From: an uncultured Spirochaetales bacterium
Lineage (GTDB): Bacteria; Spirochaetota; Spirochaetia; JAFGDJ01
DNA: 64,000 nt
Direction of reading: 5' to 3'
Assembly (NCBI GenBank): GCA_964410865.1
Contig: CAYPIQ010000005.1
Location: forward strand, 7,037 to 71,036
Shown here: positions 57,204-64,000 of the stretch, piece after piece
How the letters are laid out: every line of letters starts with the position of its first letter
Position numbering within the stretch: position 1 is the stretch's first letter
Made by a program: the position numbers and the translations under genes
Notes under the pieces: generated by a model
What the model was told of the DNA's origin: nothing
What the model saw: only the letters and a program-made list of their open reading frames with translations
Databases searched by the model: none

Positions 57204-58787
57204 TTACCGCCTCTTGGGTTGATTTCGTACAGCTCCATAAAGGTATTCATACGTTCCAGTGATATCGGTGTTTGTAGTTGGGGCTTCATGTATTACAAGT
57301 CGTGTCAGCCATGGATTTTTCGTGGTTGAAGGGTCTTTTCCTGATCTGCGTACATAGATCGTGCCCTGGGGTATATTCAGGATAACTTTTCCGAAGGGAA
57401 ACCTCTTTCCAGTCCGCTCATCCTTTAGGATCGAAACAGTGGGTATGGGTGAACCAAGATAGCTGAATACACGGCCGACATACACATGGGTCCCCTCATC
57501 TTCGGGGGGAGAAATGTAGACCTTTTCTCCTTGGCTATAGGGACGAAGGATCTCTTTCAGGTTATTAAGTAGATTTTCATCAAACCTGGGACTGTATACC
57601 TTTGTATCTCGACGATAGGAATAGGTTCCACTGGATTCTTCGATGTGCATGAGAGCCTTGTGGCGACTGAAAGCCGTTTTGCCAAGGACGGGATTGGTCA
57701 GTTCGTCCCATGTATCGATGATATGGAAAAGCCGGATGAATTCATGAAGAAAGTTATTTCGATCTATGGGAGGATATCCAGTCCCGTCCGGATAATCGTA
57801 CTGACCGGTAATCATCATGCGTGAGATCGGTGATATATCCTCGCGGTTGCGCACAAGATTTTTTACGACGTTGTAGTTTCGTCTGAGTATTTTTATTATT
57901 TCCAGTTCGCGCTTGCTCCCTCCTGTAAGAACGGGCTTGGTCGACATGACTTCATGAACCGTAACATGACAAAAACCCAGTGCATGTATAAGAATTCCCA
58001 GGCCTGCCTGGATAATTAGGTCCCTGTCGTAGTAATATATATCTTTCTGAAAAGAAGGTTTTTCGGGGTTGAACCGGGTTGTTGAAAGTTTCCCGCCGGA
58101 TTTAATTCTGTTGCGGTTAATCTGGGCCATGGAGAGCATAAAAAGGAGGGCTGAATCCACAGCATGCCATACCAGGGCATCTCCGACCGACTGTAGTCTC
58201 CCGGAATTGAAAATACTGTGTAACCTGATAGAATGGAGCCCCGTAGGTAGTTTCTTCTCATTTACCTTACCACCGTCTTCTTTAGAAGGGATAATTCCTT
58301 CGATGTATTCATACAAACGGTCGAGATCGGTTTTCAGGTTCTGTAGTACGGCCGGAGTCAGGATTGTTTGGCTCCCGGCATCTATATCGCCCTGATAGAG
58401 AGGGCCTGGCTCTGGAGATAGGAGAATATCTGCGGTGATCTGCTTTTTCCTTCCTCTGGCACAGAAGCCCCTGTCCAACTCGGAGAAAGGTACATAGACA
58501 GAACGCAGCTGTTCGACGAGTCGGGATCGAAATCTGTCAACGGCGGTTCCTCTGGCCCCGATTACTTCGAGGATGAACTTGTTTTCATCCATCCCGGTGG
58601 CTTTTATACGTGCGCGTTCTTCATAGGTCGGATTGATTACTGTTACAACCGCTGCTTTATGGGTTCCCAGGAGACGAATAAGCTTTTCATCCACCTGTCT
58701 GCCTGCACGGGCAAGTATCCCGGCATCTACAAACAAGCGGTCACCCCCGCCAAGTCGGTCAATACTCTTTCTTTCTATAGATGGCAT
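57204..58787 (-). CDS. Protein with a degenerate HD-GYP-like domain
   Basis: WHAVDS, GILIHALG (HD replaced by HA), YDYPDGTGYP, IIDTWDEL; GGAGA SD before ATG 58787. Confidence 0.75.
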   Translation of the reverse strand: MPSIERKSIDRLGGGDRLFVDAGILARAGRQVDEKLIRLLGTHKAAVVTVINPTYEERARIKATGMDENKFILEVIGARGTAVDRFRSRLVEQLRSVYVPFSELDRGFCARGRKKQITADILLSPEPGPLYQGDIDAGSQTILTPAVLQNLKTDLDRLYEYIEGIIPSKEDGGKVNEKKLPTGLHSIRLHSIFNSGRLQSVGDALVWHAVDSALLFMLSMAQINRNRIKSGGKLSTTRFNPEKPSFQKDIYYYDRDLIIQAGLGILIHALGFCHVTVHEVMSTKPVLTGGSKRELEIIKILRRNYNVVKNLVRNREDISPISRMMITGQYDYPDGTGYPPIDRNNFLHEFIRLFHIIDTWDELTNPVLGKTAFSRHKALMHIEESSGTYSYRRDTKVYSPRFDENLLNNLKEILRPYSQGEKVYISPPEDEGTHVYVGRVFSYLGSPIPTVSILKDERTGKRFPFGKVILNIPQGTIYVRRSGKDPSTTKNPWLTRLVIHEAPTTNTDITGTYEYLYGAVRNQPKRR

Positions 58788-58826
58788 AGTATCTCCAGAT
58801 GCACAATATATATTAAACACACACTC

Positions 58827-59498
58827 TTACTGTTGTAATCTTTTACCGGTCCATTCGGCTATCTTTCTGAACAGGATACCTTCGTTCAAAGGTTTAGATA
58901 TAAAATCATCAATTCCCACTTTATAGCGGCTTTCGATGTCTGATTGATAGACCTGGGTGGTAAGAGCTATAATTGTTGTCCGTGGCCAGTCGTATTGTTC
59001 TTTCTCTTTCCGGATCTCCTCTACAGTTTCAAGGCCGCCCGGAACAGACATGCCAAGAACCATGAGAAGCGGGTCAAATTTTTTCACCGCCCAAGCCTCC
59101 ACAGCATACCCACCATTTCATACGGTTGTAACAAAAAAACCTCTGCTTTTCAAGATTCGGTGAATAAAAAGCCGGTTGATTGCCTCATCTTTCGTTATCA
59201 GGACATGTACCGGGGATTTATCACTTTCTTCAGTGAGAGATTCTCCCGTTTCTTCCTCCGGTATTGAATCCATATCCAACTGTCTGCAAGGGCAAAAGAA
59301 CGGTAAATACGGTTCCCTTTCCGGGATAGCTGTTTATTGACACTTTACCGTTCATGAATAAGCAGAGTTGTTTGACTGTTGAAAGCCCCAACCCGGCACC
59401 CTTGTTGCGCTTGCTCTGTCCCGTGGGTAGTTGTATAAACCGGTCAAATATTTTCTCTTATTTATCCTCGGGAATACCTGGACCGGTATCAATCACTT
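58827..59498 (-). pseudogene. Hybrid histidine kinase remnant (HATPase plus receiver)
   Basis: DTGPGIPEDK*EKIFDRF, GAGLGLS, GKGTVF, then a receiver with IIALT and SKP; truncated at repeat copy 5. Confidence 0.8.
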
Positions 59499-59570
59499 CT
59501 AATACAAAAATAGCCGCACCCGGCTGTTTTCATCGTTTCGGTTGCTGCGCGGCGGCATGAGCAACTAATA
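59499..59570 (+). repeat. MITE-like double-hairpin repeat, copy 5
   Basis: CTAATACAAAAATAGCCGCACCCGGCTGTTTTCATCGTTTCGGTTGCTGCGCGGCGGCATGAGCAACTAATA. Confidence 0.85.
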
Positions 59571-59643
59571 GGACAATTCGATTGCAAATCTTATCGTTTC
59601 ACTATACCATCTCCGAATATAATAAGAATTGGTAGGACGAAAC

Positions 59644-61398
59644 ATGATAGGAATATCTCTTTCAGAAATTCCGGATTTTACATATAGTAATTTCCAAGAA
59701 ATGCTCATAGCTTCGGCTGCTCGATACCCGAAAAATATAGCTCTACGTATGAAAAACCCATCAGGTATCTATGATGAATGGACCTATGGTCAGTTGAAAG
59801 ATGAGGTGTGGACCCTCGCATCATTTCTCTATACAAAGGGATTGAAAAAGGGTGAACATCTTGGTCTGCTATCGGAAAACCGCCCCCAGTGGTGCATCGC
59901 TTATCTTGCAGCGGTAGTATCAGGTATTATTATTGTTCCTTTTGACAGTCTCATGGAGGAAGAAAGCTGCGCCATGGTTGCCGAGATAAGCGACCTCGAC
60001 GCTCTTTGTGTTTCCGGACGGTTAGCCGGCCGTGTTCCCGCAGTTAAAAAAAGGTCGAAGGGTCTACGGTTCGTTATCGATTTTGACCTTGATGAAGACA
60101 GGGGAACGGATTTCCTGAGTTACAGGAAAATTATGACCGCTACCAACGGGGACATAGGAACCTTCCCCGGTATTTCCGAGATTGCCGAACACGACCCTGC
60201 TTCTATAATCTTTACCTCCGGCACTACCGGTACGGCCAAGGGAGTCGTTCTGAGTCAACGGGGAATAATTGCCAATGCTTCGGCATCCATCAATGCACTC
60301 CCCATCGACGAACACGACAACTTTATCGCCGTTATCCCATTCTATCATACCTATCCTACCACCTGTAGTTTTATCTCTCCCCTTATGGTCGGGGCTGCCG
60401 TAACAATTGCTGAAAAAATAATCGGGGCTAAGATCATAGCTAATATAAAAGATACCGGCGGAACCATTCTTATCAGTGTGCCCCTGCTTTTCGACAAGAT
60501 TGCCGCCGGATTACAGGCAAATTTTCGAAAACTTCCCTTTCCCGCACGTCCCCTTGTCATGACGCTTCTGAGTGTTTCCGGTTTTTTCTACAGGTTTCTG
60601 AAAATTCCTGCGGGTAAACTCCTCATGAAATCGGTGCGGAAAAAGGCGGGGCTTGCATCGATGCGGCTGTTTGTAGCAGGAGGGGGGCCTCTGGCCGCCG
60701 AGACGGCCAGGTTTTTCGAAGCCATGGGTTTCGACATCGTCCAGGGATACGGAATGAGTGAGAACGGACCACTTATTTCCACAAACACCCGGAAGAAAAA
60801 GGACAATACATCTGTCGGTCTGGTGGTTAGGAATACTGAGGTAGACATAAGTAATCCTGATGCTGAAGGTAACGGTGAAATTATCGTTAAATCACCTTCC
60901 TTGATGCTGGGGTACTATAAAAATCCTGACGCTACGGCGGAAATGTTCACTGAAGACGGATTCCTCAAGACAGGGGATATAGGCCGTTTCGACAAACGCG
61001 GTTTTCTCTACATTACGGGAAGAATAAAAAATATTATCGTTACACCGGGGGGTAAGAATATCTATCCCGAGGAGATCGAGGCCCTTTTCGGCGGTTCCCA
61101 GGTCATAACTGAAGTCATGATAACAGGACGGAAGATCTCCGCATCTGATACGGGGGAGGCCATTATAGCGGTTATCTACGTTGACAGGGAACACCTGAAG
61201 GAACTCTATCCGGAGCAAGAGATAACCGCGGAATTCGTGGAGAACCTGGTAAAGCAGGAAATATCATCCGTGAATAAACACCTGGCAACATACCAGAAAA
61301 TTACCGGACATATTCTCCGGGATGAGGAGTTCGAAAAAACCGCCTCCGGTAAAATCAAACGGTTTCTTTACCGGGATTACGGAAAACCGAAAGTATAG
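59644..61398 (+). CDS. Long-chain fatty acid--CoA ligase (AMP-binding)
   Basis: FTSGTTGTAKGV, QGYGMSE, LKTGDIG..D..GFLYITGRIK, GKNIYPEEIE. Confidence 0.92.
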   Translation: MIGISLSEIPDFTYSNFQEMLIASAARYPKNIALRMKNPSGIYDEWTYGQLKDEVWTLASFLYTKGLKKGEHLGLLSENRPQWCIAYLAAVVSGIIIVPFDSLMEEESCAMVAEISDLDALCVSGRLAGRVPAVKKRSKGLRFVIDFDLDEDRGTDFLSYRKIMTATNGDIGTFPGISEIAEHDPASIIFTSGTTGTAKGVVLSQRGIIANASASINALPIDEHDNFIAVIPFYHTYPTTCSFISPLMVGAAVTIAEKIIGAKIIANIKDTGGTILISVPLLFDKIAAGLQANFRKLPFPARPLVMTLLSVSGFFYRFLKIPAGKLLMKSVRKKAGLASMRLFVAGGGPLAAETARFFEAMGFDIVQGYGMSENGPLISTNTRKKKDNTSVGLVVRNTEVDISNPDAEGNGEIIVKSPSLMLGYYKNPDATAEMFTEDGFLKTGDIGRFDKRGFLYITGRIKNIIVTPGGKNIYPEEIEALFGGSQVITEVMITGRKISASDTGEAIIAVIYVDREHLKELYPEQEITAEFVENLVKQEISSVNKHLATYQKITGHILRDEEFEKTASGKIKRFLYRDYGKPKV

Positions 61399-61399
61399 A

Positions 61400-62092
61400 T
61401 CAGTCGTCCTTCACCGATTCCAGATAACGACGGTAATACGACCCGGCGTTGTATATCAGGGCCAGGGGGTTGTGTCCGAGGACACGATCTTTCACGGCAA
61501 AAACAGTGGTATAGGCTTGCGCGTGTTTGATGAACAGAGAGTCATGTCCCACACAGAGTCCTAGAAGGATATTCAGCTCTGTTCCCGCTTCATTACAGAT
61601 TTCCGCCTGGGCTATGGGGTTACACATTGGTTCGAACTCTTCACGAATTATCTTATGATCCGGCTCCAGGCCTATTTTTTCTTTCGGTATGCCTCCGACA
61701 CAGCACATAACCGACACCACCTCGAAACCGTGTTTGGTTAGAATCAACGCGGTTGTCCTGGCCTCTGTCTTGAGACCTTCACAAAAAGCGAGCCCAAGCC
61801 TTCGGAAGGACATCCTCCCGGCGAATTCGATGATTTCCTGCAGGCGGGGTTTTACAGGTCTCATGACAAAGGGTCTTTTATGCCGGTCCGCGTAGCATTC
61901 GGCCTCCTGGATAGAAGCCTGCCGAGCAAAATTCAATATTACCGGATCATTGAGCTTATCAAGGCTACCGTTTATTACGTTTTTTTTATTCAATGTTGGA
62001 CAGAACTCCGGTCCTCTGCCTGAAGGGTTCTGACAGATGCGTTCGCCCGCCGGTATGGGGCAGAATGCACACTGGGGGTAGTCTTTTTTCAT
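61400..62092 (-). CDS. DUF1847-family Cys-rich protein
   Basis: RLQEIIEFA, GLAFCEGL, MCNPIAQA, GLCVGHDSLF. Confidence 0.85.
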   Translation of the reverse strand: MKKDYPQCAFCPIPAGERICQNPSGRGPEFCPTLNKKNVINGSLDKLNDPVILNFARQASIQEAECYADRHKRPFVMRPVKPRLQEIIEFAGRMSFRRLGLAFCEGLKTEARTTALILTKHGFEVVSVMCCVGGIPKEKIGLEPDHKIIREEFEPMCNPIAQAEICNEAGTELNILLGLCVGHDSLFIKHAQAYTTVFAVKDRVLGHNPLALIYNAGSYYRRYLESVKDD

Positions 62093-62251
62093 AGCCGTTT
62101 CCTTTTGTTGTCGTTGATGCCAGTATACACAATTACCTTTTTTATACCAACACCCGGCTTTTGAAGATGAGCCTACCCTTCGTTAAGGAAACGGGCGTCC
62201 CGCCGGATTATCTCCGGTAGAATCGCCCGTCTGGTACAGTTGTCCCTGTTT

Positions 62252-63523
62252 TCAGGTAGCCGTATGGAGGTTCTCCGCCGCAATAACGCCGATACCCGCC
62301 CTGGTAAGGGCGTCGGCGGTGGCGTTCAGGGCTTCGTGTTTATCCAGGTAGTTATCCCTGAGTGTATCCATAAGCCCCTTTTCCAGAATTTCCTCTTTCG
62401 AAAGAAAGTATTCGAGAATGTCGCTGGGGTGTTCCCTCGTGCTGTCGATCTCGGGATCGGCACCCTCATGTTTGGCTGATATGTTGGGCACATCCGCGGC
62501 TACTTCAACCAGTTCGTCCCTCCGGTTATATGGTTGCCGGACGATGGATTTATAGGTCTCGGTGATATGATGCTCGAAACGGACGTTCTCTGTGAGGGAC
62601 ATAGCACGACGTATGACATCGGAATCGCGAATGGTTGTATTGTTTACGCTGTTGGAAAAGTTTAACCCGATAAGGCTCGTAGATCCGTCGTCCCGTGAAA
62701 AAAGACGGGCTCCGATAAGGGTCCATAAAACGGCAAAGGGATTGTCGCTTCCCATATAGACGGAAATCTTGAACTGGTTGTCGATACCGAGTTTGTGGAG
62801 CATGTAGCCGAGGAGTACCGTACCCGCATTTACATTCAAGATCTGACGAATTCCATAGGTGGTGTAGTAGTTGAGGTATTCGTCGGCCCATTTCAGCGGG
62901 TAGTCATTAGGCTCCCCAACCCCTCCGAAGTAGCCGGTTATGGTTTCCGGCCCGCCCAGGTGGACGTTTGACCCGTCGGTCCCCTTTGTGTCCATGGTTT
63001 CGACATAACTGGCCCCTACAATCTGCATGGCCGCCGCCACCGCCAGGGTGTCCCCATTATCTGCCGTCTGCTCCGCCATGTTACGCACGCGGATGAATCT
63101 CCCCGGCATGAGCTGCCCTTTTTCTATGGCCCGCTCGGCCTGGTCCCTCAGCCAAGGGAAAAACTGCAGGGCGGATATCTCCAGGGTAACCGCGTTTTTC
63201 ATGTTTATATCCGCATCGGAGACCTCTTTTCCCGTTACCCTTCGGCGGTATTCGGGGATTGAAATAAAGCGGTGTGTATCCCTCATTTCCATGAGCCACC
63301 GGACATCGGCAAGATAAGGCGAATCCTGCTCTTCGAGCCTTCCGAGCAGGTTCTCCAGTTTTCGTGCCTCCGCCGCTTTACGGTTTATCTCCTCCGGACC
63401 GCCGTACCGCTCTACCAGGTTCAGTAGGTCATTCACGAGTTTGTTGTGCGGATCCAGGAGAAAGGCGTTGACCTCTTCTACCCTTGTAAGGGATATGGCA
63501 AGCTTCTTCTGTAGATCAGACAT
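62252..63523 (-). CDS. Uncharacterised enzyme-like protein co-transcribed with panB
   Basis: 423-aa ORF 12 nt downstream of panB; dense conserved-looking motifs (ETMDTKGTDGSNVHLGG, FKISV, EHH, KHEG). Confidence 0.8.
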   Translation of the reverse strand: MSDLQKKLAISLTRVEEVNAFLLDPHNKLVNDLLNLVERYGGPEEINRKAAEARKLENLLGRLEEQDSPYLADVRWLMEMRDTHRFISIPEYRRRVTGKEVSDADINMKNAVTLEISALQFFPWLRDQAERAIEKGQLMPGRFIRVRNMAEQTADNGDTLAVAAAMQIVGASYVETMDTKGTDGSNVHLGGPETITGYFGGVGEPNDYPLKWADEYLNYYTTYGIRQILNVNAGTVLLGYMLHKLGIDNQFKISVYMGSDNPFAVLWTLIGARLFSRDDGSTSLIGLNFSNSVNNTTIRDSDVIRRAMSLTENVRFEHHITETYKSIVRQPYNRRDELVEVAADVPNISAKHEGADPEIDSTREHPSDILEYFLSKEEILEKGLMDTLRDNYLDKHEALNATADALTRAGIGVIAAENLHTAT

Positions 63524-63535
63524 CCTGGGGTCCTC

Positions 63536-64000
63536 CTACTTGTATTCCTTGAACAAGGCCTGGATTTTTTCATCCTCGTCGGAGAGAATGTGGTAACAGT
63601 GCTCATCCTGCGGGAAATCGCCTGCTTTGACATCCTTTACATACTCACCCATTGCACCGGTAATGACTTCGGCAATATTTGCATACTTTTTGACGAACTT
63701 GGGAGTAAAAGCCTGAAACTGGCCTAGGAGGTCGGATACAATGAGGAGTTGACCGTCGCAGTTCATCCCTGCGCCGATGGAGTACACGGGGATAGAGAGC
63801 TTCTGTGCGATAAAACCCGAGACCTCCGGTGGGACGGCTTCCAGCAAGAGCAGCTGGGCACCTGCTTCTTCGATGGCCAGGGCGTCTTCGATAACCAACC
63901 GGGCCGAATCAGCCGTGCGGCCCTGGGCTTTATGCCCTCCCAGCTGACCGGAGCTCTGGGGTGTAAGCCCGATATGACCGCATACCACGATGCCCGCATC
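63536..64000 (-). CDS. panB: 3-methyl-2-oxobutanoate hydroxymethyltransferase, 5'-partial
   Basis: GHIGLTPQ, QGR, AGA.LLLLEAVP, IGAG..CDGQLL..DLLG, PKFVKKY, FPQDEH. Confidence 0.93.
   Translation of the reverse strand, partial: DAGIVVCGHIGLTPQSSGQLGGHKAQGRTADSARLVIEDALAIEEAGAQLLLLEAVPPEVSGFIAQKLSIPVYSIGAGMNCDGQLLIVSDLLGQFQAFTPKFVKKYANIAEVITGAMGEYVKDVKAGDFPQDEHCYHILSDEDEKIQALFKEYK

Overview
64-kb chromosomal window of a probably anaerobic bacterium. A spirochaete is inferred from the co-oriented 'reverse' integron, PEGA-domain proteins and a stand-alone MshEN protein; this is not proven. Intact genes include dcm/vsr, a 2-oxoacid:ferredoxin oxidoreductase operon, fakA-fakB-plsY, mtnA, metF, hppA, mscL, panB and tRNA-Leu(GAG). 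They are interleaved with many IS stubs and deletion-collapsed pseudogenes. Highlights: (1) A complete integron at 9.9-14.2 kb. Its integrase carries an N-terminal HARP-like extension and is co-oriented with an attI and four cassettes: a DUF3800-like nuclease, a Zn-ribbon PD-(D/E)xK nuclease, an ORF-less cassette that folds into a long imperfect hairpin, and a small secreted protein. (2) An alpha-oxoamine synthase with the motifs of cysteate acyltransferases (SulA/CapB, sulfonolipid synthesis), a family best known from Bacteroidota. (3) An ~11-kb corrinoid demethylation cluster with three non-pyrrolysine MttB paralogues. (4) A ~70-bp TA-flanked double-hairpin repeat in five copies, mostly at gene-truncation points. 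(5) Repeated in-frame internal deletions that collapse genes and whole operons. Family assignments come from recalled motifs, not database searches.
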